A stretch of 64,000 nt of DNA from an uncultured Bdellovibrionales bacterium (GCA_964612055.1 CAZTBI010000002.1:80296-144295), one strand, 5' to 3'; counted from the stretch's first letter, positions 18,003 to 27,933 are shown. Program-made: numbers and translations. Notes: generated by a model from the letters alone, not told the origin.

Positions 18003-18620
18003 ATGGAAGAAGTTATAAAGAAATTTGGAAAACTATATAGGACTACTCCCGAAACCCTCAAAATGGGCATTCATTACGCGCTCGGAAAAGAAGCGGCAAA
18101 AAGATTTGCTGGCAAGCAAAAAATCGCTGATGTGTGTACGGGGGCTGGTTTTATGGCGGTCTGTTTAGCGGAAGTAGTAAAAGAAATTACTGTTGTAGAT
18201 ATAGATCAGTCGCACTTACAGCTAGCAAAAGAAAATTCGAAAATAGCAGGCTATGATAATAAATTTAGATTTATAGAGGGCGATATAATGGACGATAAGA
18301 TTTTAAATCAACTCGTTGGCGTAGAAGCAATCTATTCAGACCCTGAGTGGGTGTTACCAGGTCACTGGAAGGGAGACCACGTAAGCAGTATCTTTGAAAT
18401 GAGTCCTCCTATCGACAAATTATTCAACCAGTTAGAAAAAATCACAAAGAATATTGCTATACGACTCCCTAAAGAAACAGAAATAAAACAACTTGAGAGC
18501 TTTCCTGCTCATGAAGTAGAAATGGCTTATCTTGACGGGAAACCTAAAGCATACACTGTCTACTTTGGGGATTTGATTAGAAAAGAGGGCATAACAAAGC
18601 TCGAGGTAGAAACTACGTAA
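18003..18620 (+). CDS. Class I SAM-dependent methyltransferase (RNA cap-guanine-N2/Trm-like small MTase)
   Basis: Motif I DVCTGAGFMAVCLA and acidic motif II VVDID. Visibly lower GC than flanking genes. Confidence 0.6.
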   Translation: MEEVIKKFGKLYRTTPETLKMGIHYALGKEAAKRFAGKQKIADVCTGAGFMAVCLAEVVKEITVVDIDQSHLQLAKENSKIAGYDNKFRFIEGDIMDDKILNQLVGVEAIYSDPEWVLPGHWKGDHVSSIFEMSPPIDKLFNQLEKITKNIAIRLPKETEIKQLESFPAHEVEMAYLDGKPKAYTVYFGDLIRKEGITKLEVETT

Positions 18621-18704
18621 ACAAATCAGGAACATAGAAACATTCTTTCTCCTGCATCGCCGTTCGAACTTCATCCAATAGGTGGAGCGCAAAAGTAAAG
18701 GCAC

Positions 18705-18731
18705 AAAAAAAAGAGCCTAGAGGCTCTTTTT
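18705..18731. terminator. Bidirectional intrinsic terminator between the methyltransferase and rpsT
   Basis: AGAGCC-TAGA-GGCTCT hairpin flanked by A7 and T5. Confidence 0.6.
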
Positions 18732-18750
18732 ACATTTCTTCTACTCTAAG

Positions 18751-19023
18751 CTACTTCTTCTCGCTGGCTTTCTTGACGAGAGCGTTGAGACGAGATTTCT
18801 TGCGAGCGGCGGTGTTTTTCTTGATGACCTTTTTCTGAGCGGCTTTGTCGAGAGCCTTGATAGCCTTCTTCAATTGCTCCTGGGCTTCATCAACTTTACC
18901 GGAAGCTACAGCCTCACGGGTTTTTTTAACAGCGCTTTTTACCACACCAGTCACCACTTTGTTGCGGAGGGTGTTCTTGGCAGTGACGCGCATGTACTTC
19001 TTGGCAGCTTTCTTGATTGGCAT
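18751..19023 (-). CDS. rpsT: 30S ribosomal protein S20
   Basis: 90 aa, lysine/alanine-rich, with MPIKKAAKK...RNK motif. Confidence 0.9.
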   Translation of the reverse strand: MPIKKAAKKYMRVTAKNTLRNKVVTGVVKSAVKKTREAVASGKVDEAQEQLKKAIKALDKAAQKKVIKKNTAARKKSRLNALVKKASEKK

Positions 19024-19156
19024 ACGGCTTATTCAAAACTTAAAATTCAAACGAGAGTAAAAACGTGAATCTGAGACCTCTCTTTTGTATCACGGATGCG
19101 GTTTTTTGGCAAGAATGAGCGATAAATGTTAGAATGACGGAACAAAACACTGCTCT

Positions 19157-19729
19157 ATGATTGCTCAATTGGAGGGAAAAATTGCTGGTATCCGGGGAAA
19201 TGCGGTTATTCTCATGGTGGGGGGTGTAGGTTACCAGGTAGCGGTTTCTGCCTACACTTTAGGGAAATTGGCTGGCCGGGAGCAGGTGATGCTCCATATT
19301 CATACCCATGTTAGGGAGGATATGCTGGCGCTCTATGGCTTTCTTGATGAAGAAGAGCTTTATATGTTCGAGCTCCTCATTTCTGTCTCTGGTATCGGAC
19401 CAAAAGTCGGACTCTCCATCTTGTCTATCGCTGATGTCAAAACGATCCGTTTGGCGATCGTGAACAAGGATCCGAACATTTTGACCCGTGTCTCTGGGGT
19501 TGGAAAAAAGACGGCGGAAAAACTCATTGTAGAATTACAGAATAAAGTGACAGCGGTAGCAGGCGACGAAGACGGCGACGCTGCTTCTTCGCAAGATGCC
19601 TTGGAAGCGCTGACATCCCTCGGATATTCGGTCACCCAGGCTCGTGAGGCACTCAAGCTCGTACCGGCAGACGTCACCGATGTCAGTGCTCGGATCCGCG
19701 CTGCTCTCAAAAATCTTGGTAAGAAATAG
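19157..19729 (+). CDS. ruvA: Holliday junction DNA helicase RuvA
   Basis: MIAQLEGK N-terminus, HhH motifs (GIGPKVG, GVGKKTAEK) and C-terminal domain III. Confidence 0.95.
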   Translation: MIAQLEGKIAGIRGNAVILMVGGVGYQVAVSAYTLGKLAGREQVMLHIHTHVREDMLALYGFLDEEELYMFELLISVSGIGPKVGLSILSIADVKTIRLAIVNKDPNILTRVSGVGKKTAEKLIVELQNKVTAVAGDEDGDAASSQDALEALTSLGYSVTQAREALKLVPADVTDVSARIRAALKNLGKK

Positions 19730-19741
19730 GGAAGATATTGT

Positions 19742-20665
19742 ATGGGAGAAAAAAAAGAATTCCTCCAGTCTGAAGACTGGCTTCATTTTCAAGAGGCGGC
19801 CGGGAAAGAAGTCGTCCCTTTTTCAGGTGACGACTTTTCAGCGAATGGTATTGCGCACACTCTCCCTCTCGTAGGGAAGTATCTTTATATTCCCCGTGGG
19901 CCACAAACAATCAACAAAGAGATTATCGAAAAACTAATCGAGACAGCGAAAGAGAGAGGAGCCAAGTGGATTCGTGTGGAGCCAGATAAAGAAATCTTGG
20001 AGGAAATAAAGAAGAGTACTTCATACACCGTGGTGAGAGCACCGCATGATATGCAGCCGCGTGAGATCTTCAAGATTGATATTACACTCTCGGAAGAAGT
20101 GCTCCTTGCCAACATGAAATCAAAAACTCGCTACAATATTCGTCTGGCCGAAAAGCGTGGCGTCAAGATTTTTACCACCCGGGAGGAAAAATACAGACAG
20201 GCATTTCTTGATCTTATTACAGCGACTTCTGGCCGCAAGGGGATCACTTCGCATCCGAGAGGATACTACGAAACATTTTTTAGTGTTTTTCCAGAGGAAG
20301 TGTGTCGTCTCTTTGTCGCTGAATATGAGGGTCAGGTTCTGGCAGCTAATCTCGTTATATTCTACGGTGACACGGTGATGTATTTGCACGGTGGATCAAG
20401 CGATCTCCATCGTGATACCATGGCACCATTCCTCCTTCAGTGGGAAACCATCGAGCAAGCCAAAAACGAAGGCTATCATTTTTATGATTTTGGTGGCGTG
20501 AAAACAGAATCACCAGACTCCTCATGGGCGGGTATTACGCGTTTCAAGACAGGCTTTTCCCCGAAGACGGAGCCGACTCTCTATCTTGGCACCTACGATA
20601 TTGTCCTTGCTCCGTTTTCGTATACCCTGTATCGTATGCTTCAGAAGTTGAAAAGTTATCTCTGA
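19742..20665 (+). CDS. FemAB-family aminoacyltransferase (peptidoglycan interpeptide bridge formation)
   Basis: 307 aa FemX/MurM-like: YNIRLAEKRGVK, LHGGSS. Confidence 0.75.
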   Translation: MGEKKEFLQSEDWLHFQEAAGKEVVPFSGDDFSANGIAHTLPLVGKYLYIPRGPQTINKEIIEKLIETAKERGAKWIRVEPDKEILEEIKKSTSYTVVRAPHDMQPREIFKIDITLSEEVLLANMKSKTRYNIRLAEKRGVKIFTTREEKYRQAFLDLITATSGRKGITSHPRGYYETFFSVFPEEVCRLFVAEYEGQVLAANLVIFYGDTVMYLHGGSSDLHRDTMAPFLLQWETIEQAKNEGYHFYDFGGVKTESPDSSWAGITRFKTGFSPKTEPTLYLGTYDIVLAPFSYTLYRMLQKLKSYL

Positions 20666-20672
20666 CATTTCC

Positions 20673-21941
20673 ATGAAGCGTTTTCTCTCACAACTCCTGC
20701 CACAGGGAGTAAAAAATGTATACCACCTAGCTCAGGCTATATTTGCCTGTGTAGTCTTTGGTTTTCCTGGAAAAAAATTGCGGGTGATCGGCGTGACCGG
20801 GACAAATGGAAAAACCACGACCTCGCAGTTTATCGCGCGTATCCTCTCTGCTTCTGGGAAAAAAGTGGCGCTTGCTTCGACCATTAATTTTCAGATTGGC
20901 GAAAGAGTCTGGGTGAACAGTTCGAAGTTCACGACTATGTCGCCGTGGAAACTCCAGAAATTTTTGCGTGAAGCGGTAAGCGAGGGTTGTGAGTACGCTG
21001 TGATCGAAACTTCGTCGCACGCTCTTGATCAAAACCGAGTGTGGGGAATTCCTTATGAGATCGCCGTCATGACCAATGTGACGCGTGAGCATCTGGATTA
21101 TCATGAGACCATGGAGCGTTACCGTGAAGCCAAGTGTCGACTCTTTCGGCGCGCCAAGAAAGCAGTAGTTAATCTCGACATGGAGGAACCAGCCTATTTC
21201 TGTGGTACGGAAGAGAAGGCGTTGACTTATAGTACCAAAAATCCTCAAGCTCATCTGTTAGCAATTGATGTCACTCTTGATTTCAAAGGCACAGAATTCA
21301 CGATTGATGAAAGACGTTTCCATCTCCAGATTCCCGGACTCTTCAATATCGAAAACGCCCTGGCAGCGCTCGGAGTAGCGCGCTTGCTTGAGATTGATTT
21401 TGAAATTGCGAAAGAAGCCTTGGCAAGTGTGGTTGGTGTCTCGGGACGTATGGAATTGGTGCCGAACCATATTAATGCCGATATCCTGATTGATTACGCC
21501 GTGACGCCTGATGCTTTTGAAAAACTTTACGCTTCGATCCTTCCGCTTAAGATTCCTGGCAGCCAGATCATCCATGTTTTTGGCGCCTGCGGGGAACGTG
21601 ATCGGGGCAAGCGGCCGCACATGGGAGAAATTGCCAGCTCCTATGCTGATATTATTATTCTGACCAACGAAGATCCGTATCATGAAAACCCCGAGCAGAT
21701 CATCGATGATATCGAGCAGGGTGTCAGTAAGAAAAAAGATAAAACCTATTTCCGTATTTTTGATCGCCGTGAAGCGATTCACAAAGCGCTCTCTATGGCT
21801 GAAATCGGTGATATCGTGCTCATCACCGGCAAGGGTGCCGAAGTGACGATGGCTTTCGGAGACCAGCGTGTCCCGTGGAGCGAGCGTCAAGTAATCGAAG
21901 AAGAATTACAAACGTTACAAAAGAAAAACGCGGCCGTGTAA
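20673..21941 (+). CDS. murE: UDP-N-acetylmuramoyl-tripeptide synthetase MurE
   Basis: Mur ligase P-loop GVTGTNGKTTT, central and C-terminal domains. Confidence 0.9.
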   Translation: MKRFLSQLLPQGVKNVYHLAQAIFACVVFGFPGKKLRVIGVTGTNGKTTTSQFIARILSASGKKVALASTINFQIGERVWVNSSKFTTMSPWKLQKFLREAVSEGCEYAVIETSSHALDQNRVWGIPYEIAVMTNVTREHLDYHETMERYREAKCRLFRRAKKAVVNLDMEEPAYFCGTEEKALTYSTKNPQAHLLAIDVTLDFKGTEFTIDERRFHLQIPGLFNIENALAALGVARLLEIDFEIAKEALASVVGVSGRMELVPNHINADILIDYAVTPDAFEKLYASILPLKIPGSQIIHVFGACGERDRGKRPHMGEIASSYADIIILTNEDPYHENPEQIIDDIEQGVSKKKDKTYFRIFDRREAIHKALSMAEIGDIVLITGKGAEVTMAFGDQRVPWSERQVIEEELQTLQKKNAAV

Positions 21942-21974
21942 GGGTCGCGCTTGTTGGCAGGTTCTGCCGCTGGT

Positions 21975-22406
21975 TTACGCAAAGAGTCCAACCGCGTACC
22001 ACTGGGGTTCCTGCAGATCGTCCCAGGAGAGTTTTTGATTGGTCGGGATGTCTCCTTTAGTCCAGCCACCAAAGTCAGGGTGTCCGGTTCCCTGGTCGTT
22101 TGGGTCCTTGTACTCATAGACCCAAACGAACATCTGGTCCCCTTGCTTTTTGGTTGCTCGAAGCCATTGAGTACGGACTCCTGTTCCGCATGTATAGCGA
22201 ACGGGATGTAGCCGGTACAACTTGACGTTGTCTACGTTCCAAACCGGCGGCAGTTCATCGGGAGTGGTAGTCGAGTCAGTGATGAGGCGCCACACGTACC
22301 CGCGCTCTGGCCAGAAACCGATGATCAGTGTTGCCGCGAGTATGCACCAGGTGATCCAGTCGATACTTGAAACAATATGAAATGCTGTCTCCATGATGTC
22401 CTCCAA
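21975..22406 (-). CDS. Hypothetical membrane-anchored protein (GC-rich orphan)
   Basis: 143 aa with an N-terminal TM helix. Higher GC than surroundings. Preceded by promoter module P3. Confidence 0.45.
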   Translation of the reverse strand: MEDIMETAFHIVSSIDWITWCILAATLIIGFWPERGYVWRLITDSTTTPDELPPVWNVDNVKLYRLHPVRYTCGTGVRTQWLRATKKQGDQMFVWVYEYKDPNDQGTGHPDFGGWTKGDIPTNQKLSWDDLQEPQWYAVGLFA

Positions 22407-22466
22407 AAGAGGGGTTGTGGGGCGGGGTCGGTGAAAACGAAAACAGTTGTAAAACTACGATTTATA

Positions 22467-22495
22467 ATTATACACCTAAAGGTGTGAAATGTCAA
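22467..22495 (-). promoter_or_regulatory. Promoter module P3 (TTGACA-N9-TTTAGGTG-TATAAT)
   Basis: Minus strand: -35 TTGACA (22490-22495), 17-nt spacer ending TTTAGGTG, -10 TATAAT (22467-22472). Confidence 0.55.
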
Positions 22496-22512
22496 CCTCA
22501 GAAAGGATCTTC

Positions 22513-22977
22513 TTACAACTGAGGAATGGAGAGCTCGGGAGAGAAAATTCGAATGAGGAGGAGGGTGAGGAAGAGACCGACGAAAGCGCCGCCGATCACT
22601 TCACTGATGCGGTGCCCGACACGTTCTTTCAAACGAGGAAACTGTTCTTTAGGGATCTTCAATTGTTCTACGAGCATGTTCAAGTAGCGCCCCTGATCGC
22701 CTAGGTACATACGGATACGAGCGGCGTCATCGATCACGATGAAGGCGAGGACGGCCGAGAGAGCAAAAGCACCGGAATGGATGCCCTCGTAGTAGGCGAC
22801 GCTGGTCAAGAGTGAAACCACGAGACTGGTGTGGGCACTCGGCATGTGGCCGTGGGTGAAAGCGTACTCAATGTTGAAACCGTGTTTGTACGTGTAGAGA
22901 GCAAATTTGATGACCTGAGTCAGGACACCGACGGTAATCGGAATGAGAAACACCAGATAAGATTGAAGCGCTTCCAT
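22513..22977 (-). CDS. Divergent PAP2-family (acid phosphatase/vanadium haloperoxidase-related, DUF212/YuiD-like) membrane protein
   Basis: 154 aa, 4 TM helices, motif HGHMPSAHTS. Confidence 0.7.
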   Translation of the reverse strand: MEALQSYLVFLIPITVGVLTQVIKFALYTYKHGFNIEYAFTHGHMPSAHTSLVVSLLTSVAYYEGIHSGAFALSAVLAFIVIDDAARIRMYLGDQGRYLNMLVEQLKIPKEQFPRLKERVGHRISEVIGGAFVGLFLTLLLIRIFSPELSIPQL

Positions 22978-23116
22978 AGGATTGGCTTATAATTTAGAAA
23001 AAGGCTTTTTCTTACCGAAAGTATAGCACATATTTGCAGGAAATCTGAGATTTTGGCGAGTTGCAAAATCCCCCAGATTTGCTACCGTAAAGAGGTAAAC
23101 CTTTGAATACAAAGCT

Positions 23117-23668
23117 ATGAGTGTGCCGCTGATCCTTTTAGTGGTTGTTGGAATTGCCGTGTTGTATGTAGTAGCAGTCTACAATGGTCTAGTACGTTTG
23201 CGGAATCGTGTGAGTGAAGCCTGGAGCGATATTGATGTCCAGCTCAAGCGTCGGTATGATCTCATTCCGAATTTGGTGAGTACGGTAAAGGGGTATGCGG
23301 CTCACGAAAGTGGAGTGTTCCAAAAAGTGACCGAGGCTCGCGCCAACGCGATGCAGGCTGGATCGACCCAGGCCAAGGCGCAGGCCGAGAATATGCTGTC
23401 GGAAACCTTGAAGAGTCTGTTTGCGGTAGCTGAAGCCTATCCAGATCTCAAGGCGAATCAGAATTTCTTGGAATTGCAGCGTGAACTTTCTGACACGGAG
23501 AACAAGATTCAGGCCTCACGTCGTTTCTACAACGGTAATGTCCTGGAACTGAACAACAAGATCGATATGTTCCCGTCAAACATCATTGCCGGCGCCTTCA
23601 ACTTTGGGAAGAAGGAATTCTTCGAAGTCGCTGAGGCGGAAAAAGAACCGGTCAAAGTGCAGTTCTAG
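23117..23668 (+). CDS. lemA: LemA family protein
   Basis: N-terminal TM helix then [27 protein letters not shown], the LemA signature. Confidence 0.9.
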   Translation: MSVPLILLVVVGIAVLYVVAVYNGLVRLRNRVSEAWSDIDVQLKRRYDLIPNLVSTVKGYAAHESGVFQKVTEARANAMQAGSTQAKAQAENMLSETLKSLFAVAEAYPDLKANQNFLELQRELSDTENKIQASRRFYNGNVLELNNKIDMFPSNIIAGAFNFGKKEFFEVAEAEKEPVKVQF

Positions 23669-23749
23669 TCCCTGTACCGAAGGTCAAAAAACTGCTATAC
23701 TCGTGGCGCGTCCAAGACAATCGGTCGCGCCACTTTATTTCTCAAAACT

Positions 23750-24643
23750 ATGGCAACGCTCTACGCGGAACATGATAAAAATATTCGCCTGACGTGGGTG
23801 TACATCACGCTTTTTCTGGTACTGGTTATCGGTGTGGGGTATGTGTTTGCTGGCGCTTATGGTGACAGTACCATTCTCTATGTAGCGGTGGCGTTTTCAG
23901 TGCTCATGAGCGTCGCGTCGTACTGGTGGAGCGACAAGATTGTGCTTTCCATGAGCAATGCCCACGAACTGTCGTTTGCAGAAAACAAAGAGATCTACCG
24001 CTTGGTAGAAAACCTCTGTATTACTGCCGGACTGCCGCTGCCGAAAATTTACATCATCGACGATAGCGCCTTAAATGCTTTTGCTACCGGCCGTGATCCA
24101 AAGCACGGTGTCATCGCTCTCACTACTGGCATCATTTCCCATTTGGAGAAATCAGAACTCGAGGGCGTGATTGCTCACGAACTCTCTCATATTGGCAATC
24201 GTGACACGCTCGTTTCGACGGTGGTGGTGATCTTGGTTGGTTTCATTGCGCTTCTCGCTGATTGGTTTCGCCACTTTGCTTTTTTTGGTGGCCGCGATCG
24301 TGATGAGCGAGGTGGTCAGGCGCAGGCTATTTTCATGATTCTTGGTATTATCCTTTCGATTCTGGCACCACTGGCCGCACTCCTTATGCAACTCGCTATC
24401 TCTCGGAAGCGCGAGTCGCTGGCCGACGCCTCGGGAGCGCTTCTCACGCGTTACCCCGAAGGACTGGCCCGAGCACTCGAAAAGATTTCACAGGACAAAG
24501 AGCCGCTTGAGGTCGCCAATCGCGCCACCGCACCGCTCTATATTGCCAATCCCTTCAAGGCAAAAAAACTGAGCAAACTGTTTATGACCCATCCGCCAAT
24601 CGAAGAACGCATAGCAGCGCTTCGTGGCATGGAGGTGAAGTAA
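23750..24643 (+). CDS. htpX: Zinc metalloprotease HtpX (M48)
   Basis: HELSH zinc-binding motif, 4 TM helices, C-terminal MTHPPIEERI. Confidence 0.9.
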   Translation: MATLYAEHDKNIRLTWVYITLFLVLVIGVGYVFAGAYGDSTILYVAVAFSVLMSVASYWWSDKIVLSMSNAHELSFAENKEIYRLVENLCITAGLPLPKIYIIDDSALNAFATGRDPKHGVIALTTGIISHLEKSELEGVIAHELSHIGNRDTLVSTVVVILVGFIALLADWFRHFAFFGGRDRDERGGQAQAIFMILGIILSILAPLAALLMQLAISRKRESLADASGALLTRYPEGLARALEKISQDKEPLEVANRATAPLYIANPFKAKKLSKLFMTHPPIEERIAALRGMEVK

Positions 24644-24647
24644 TGCT

Positions 24648-25088
24648 ATGCCCTCTCCGTACCAAGAATTTGTCCGCAAAGCGAAAGAACGCTACGAGGA
24701 GAATAAGAAAAAAAAGCTGCTGCCAAAAGGAGGGATCGAGTTTACGTCGCATGCTCGCTACAAGATGACGCAGTATGGTCTGTCTGAACAGAAGGTGAAA
24801 GGGATTATCAGAAATCCTAAACGGACCGAGAAAGGCATCGCTCCGAAGACCGCAGCCATGATGCAGCCGGTGTCTTCCAAGATGATCGATGGTAAAGAAA
24901 TTTGGAAACAAGAAATTTGGGTCATGTTTGTAAAGAAGAAAGCGAAGATCGGGATGGGGAGTATCGGAGGGGAACAGCTGCGCATCATCAGCGCCTGGCG
25001 GTATCCAGGAGTCAGTCCGAAGCGCAGCCCGATTCCAGAGGAGATTTGGCAGGAGCTTGAGAGTGGGGGTATAATGGAAGCAGAGTAA
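24648..25088 (+). CDS. Hypothetical basic protein
   Basis: 146 aa. Preferred over the low-complexity antisense ORF at 24582-25181. Confidence 0.35.
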   Translation: MPSPYQEFVRKAKERYEENKKKKLLPKGGIEFTSHARYKMTQYGLSEQKVKGIIRNPKRTEKGIAPKTAAMMQPVSSKMIDGKEIWKQEIWVMFVKKKAKIGMGSIGGEQLRIISAWRYPGVSPKRSPIPEEIWQELESGGIMEAE

Positions 25089-25105
25089 ACAAGTAATAAA
25101 AATGT

Positions 25106-25621
25106 ATGGAACAGACAGGTAATACGCAGAATTCGGGAGAGCCATCTGCCCCAGTGGCAGCGTCGACGGAGGGGGGATCAAAGACGGGTTCTGATATGAA
25201 GGGTTTACTCAAGCAGCTAGAAGCTTTCCTCGATGATTGCATGATCAAAAAAGCTCCGTTTCAGATTCCGATGAATGGCAAGGAAATTTTGGTAAAGATT
25301 ACTCCGTACTTGGTGATCCTCGGTATCCTCATGGCTGTTCCAGCTACTCTGCTTGCGCTTATCGTTTCTCCGGTCGCCTTTTTTACTGGGAGTGGATTAT
25401 ATGTAGTGGGAATGTTGTTTGCCCTCGCCGCACTCGTGCTCGAAGCCATCGCCTTGCCGGGTTTGTTCAAGCGAACGCACTCTTCTTGGAATATGCTGTT
25501 CTACGCTTCGGTGGTCAGTGTCATCGGTAACCTGGTGAGTCTGAATCTTGTCGGCGCTGTCATCGGCGCTGTCATCGGTTGGTACATCTTGTTTCAGATC
25601 AAGGAGCTTTACAAGAACTAG
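25106..25621 (+). CDS. Hypothetical integral membrane protein
   Basis: 171 aa with a disordered N-terminus and 3-4 TM helices. Followed by a terminator. Confidence 0.5.
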   Translation: MEQTGNTQNSGEPSAPVAASTEGGSKTGSDMKGLLKQLEAFLDDCMIKKAPFQIPMNGKEILVKITPYLVILGILMAVPATLLALIVSPVAFFTGSGLYVVGMLFALAALVLEAIALPGLFKRTHSSWNMLFYASVVSVIGNLVSLNLVGAVIGAVIGWYILFQIKELYKN

Positions 25622-25640
25622 GGTCCTTCTTAAGAGCCAG

Positions 25641-25670
25641 AAAAACGAGGTTGAAAAGCCTCGTTTTTTG
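25641..25670 (+). terminator. Intrinsic terminator
   Basis: AAAACGAGG-TTGAAAAG-CCTCGTTTT hairpin followed by T6. Confidence 0.65.
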
Positions 25671-25828
25671 TTTTCAAAATGGTTAATTATGCTTTATACA
25701 AGCCAAATATAGGAACAATAATCTTGACCCCGTTAGAGTAATGTCTAAACCTTGCTTTATCTCAGAGAAAGTATCAAGCAAGAAACTGAATAAAGACCTT
25801 ATGTAAGCCATGAAACACTCTAACGGGG

Positions 25829-25857
25829 TTGACAAAAGAGTGTTTTAGGTGTATTAT
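25829..25857 (+). promoter_or_regulatory. Promoter module P1 (TTGACA-N9-TTTAGGTG-TATTAT)
   Basis: -35 at 25829-25834 and -10 at 25852-25857. Abuts one arm of a 12-bp inverted repeat. Confidence 0.55.
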
Positions 25858-25942
25858 GTACTGTTGCAGGTTTGAATAAAACTCTGTGGCACCATTCATA
25901 GTCCGGACTCCGCTGAGTCTATTTCCAACCAGGAGAAAAACC

Positions 25943-26278
25943 ATGAGCCTTGCTCGCGTCACCCGCATTTTCGTCTTATTTGCCATTTTCTTGTGGCTCT
26001 TTTCGCTCCTCGGCTGTGCCGTGGTCAGCGAGACGCGGACCGTCAAGAACCCAGACGGCTCGACCACCACGACCGACTCCAAGCGTGTCGAGTACCGCCC
26101 CAGCTACTCCTATGCCTACGTCGCACCGGTCGTTCCTTACGGCGTGTATGTTCCGCCGGTGTACGTGGCGCCGCAGTATCACTCCGGCCAATGGGCATTG
26201 CCCATCTGGACGAACGGTGTCCCGGTGTGCCGAGGTGGACGAGCCCGACTGATCAATCGTCGGTGCTACTTCTACTGA
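25943..26278 (+). CDS. Hypothetical lipoprotein (GC-rich orphan)
   Basis: Start chosen at MSLARV: SD AGGAG sits 7 nt upstream. Lipobox LLGC. Tyr/Pro/Val-rich mature part. Confidence 0.5.
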   Translation: MSLARVTRIFVLFAIFLWLFSLLGCAVVSETRTVKNPDGSTTTTDSKRVEYRPSYSYAYVAPVVPYGVYVPPVYVAPQYHSGQWALPIWTNGVPVCRGGRARLINRRCYFY

Positions 26279-26412
26279 AGGGCTCACGGCTTCCATCGAA
26301 CGGCCTACTTTGCAATCTTGCGAAGTAGGCCGTTTCACTTTTTTATACGCAGTACCTGAACAAATCCCTTCTTTTCATATATACTGAGGATATATCAAAA
26401 CAAAAACTCTTT

Positions 26413-27840
26413 ATGAAACAAACGAAAATTGTCGCGACTGTTGGTCCAGCTTCAGAATCTAAAGAGATGTTGCGGGCTATGGTACAGGCAGGGATGAATG
26501 TGGTGCGTCTGAATTTTTCTCATGGCGAACATGCTTGGCACCGAGAAATTATCAATCGGGTACGCGAGCTTTCTCATGAACTAGAGGTCCCGATTGGTAT
26601 CTTGGCTGATATGCAGGGACCACGTATTCGAACCGGCGTTGCCGCGGAGCTTCCAGTAAAAGCCGGTGATACGGTACGAGTGAGTGATGTTTCCAAAATA
26701 GAAACGTTGCATGAGATGAAAGAAGCGGTGGTCGTACTCGATATGCCCGGTATTACTTCTGGTCTTCAAACTGGCCACGCTATTTTGATCGAAGATGGAC
26801 TGATTGAGCTGACAGTCACGAAAGTAGAGAAAGGTTTCGTCGAAGCCGAGGCGAAGAACGATGGTATCATCAAAAATCGCAAAGGGGTTATCCTGCCGGA
26901 TTCTGTTTTGAAACTAGCGATTCTCTCAGAAAAAGATTTAAAAGATCTCCATTTTGTCTTGGAAGAAGGCGTGGATTTCGTGGGGCTGTCATTTGTCGGA
27001 TCAGTGGAAGATATAGAGAGTGTCCGGCAAGAGATGAAGAGAATGGTTGGAGAAAAAACGCGCCTGCCACAGATTGTCGCCAAGATCGAACGCAAAGAGG
27101 CGATCAAGAATTTGGCTGCCATCATCAAGGCTACTGATGCTGTGATGGTAGCGCGTGGCGATCTCGGTATTGAAATGCCAGAAAGTGAAATTGCGATTCT
27201 CCAAAAACAGATTATCGCGGAGAGTCTAAGGGGAGCGAAACCAGTGATTGTGGCAACCCAAATGATGAAGTCGATGACCGAGAACCCGCGTCCGACCAGG
27301 GCTGAAGTCAGCGACGTTTCCAATGCGGTCATTGATCATGCTGATGCAGTGATGCTTTCGGAAGAGTCAGCTATGGGAAAGTATCCGGTTGAGACGATTG
27401 CCATGATGGCGGAAATTATTGAGAAAACAGAAGAGTCACCATTTGATGATCTCTACCAGACGCTTGATCTTAATTTCAAGAATGAGTACGCGGTCATGAT
27501 TCGGAGTGTCTATGAACTGGCCAAGAGTTTTCATACCAAAGCCATTGTTCTTCTTTCGATGAGTGGTTTCACGGCGCGCCTGCTCTCACACTTCCGTCCG
27601 GACAGTCGAATTCTCGTCGCAACCAATAGTCGGCAAACCTGGAATGAACTCTCGCTCGTGTGGGGGATTGATCCCTACCTCTTTGAAGGCGATCAGAATC
27701 TCGATCGTTTTGCTGATCGGGTGATGAAAGAAGCGAAGAAAGATGGCAAGCTCGCGAGCGGTGATCAAGTCGTTGCTTTTCATGGTCGTACCCCAGATCA
27801 AGAGACCTTGAAGCTTGTCGGAATCCGGGAAGTCCGCTAG
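26413..27840 (+). CDS. pyk: Pyruvate kinase
   Basis: MKQTKIVATVGPAS N-terminus and MVARGDLGIE active-site region. Confidence 0.95.
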   Translation: MKQTKIVATVGPASESKEMLRAMVQAGMNVVRLNFSHGEHAWHREIINRVRELSHELEVPIGILADMQGPRIRTGVAAELPVKAGDTVRVSDVSKIETLHEMKEAVVVLDMPGITSGLQTGHAILIEDGLIELTVTKVEKGFVEAEAKNDGIIKNRKGVILPDSVLKLAILSEKDLKDLHFVLEEGVDFVGLSFVGSVEDIESVRQEMKRMVGEKTRLPQIVAKIERKEAIKNLAAIIKATDAVMVARGDLGIEMPESEIAILQKQIIAESLRGAKPVIVATQMMKSMTENPRPTRAEVSDVSNAVIDHADAVMLSEESAMGKYPVETIAMMAEIIEKTEESPFDDLYQTLDLNFKNEYAVMIRSVYELAKSFHTKAIVLLSMSGFTARLLSHFRPDSRILVATNSRQTWNELSLVWGIDPYLFEGDQNLDRFADRVMKEAKKDGKLASGDQVVAFHGRTPDQETLKLVGIREVR

Positions 27841-27933
27841 ACTATCCCTTGCTCTCAGAGAGAGCATTTGGTGAGGTGGCCCCAGCCCGAGGCTGGTCCG
27901 CCTTGGGCGGAGAGCGTTAATCGTACTTAAAGC

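Noticed and set aside
24582-25181. 199-aa minus-strand ORF overlapping 24648-25088 (+)
   Set aside because: Low-complexity Pro/Leu-rich translation. The + strand ORF is tightly coupled to htpX (4-nt gap) and has a protein-like composition. The call is kept at low confidence.
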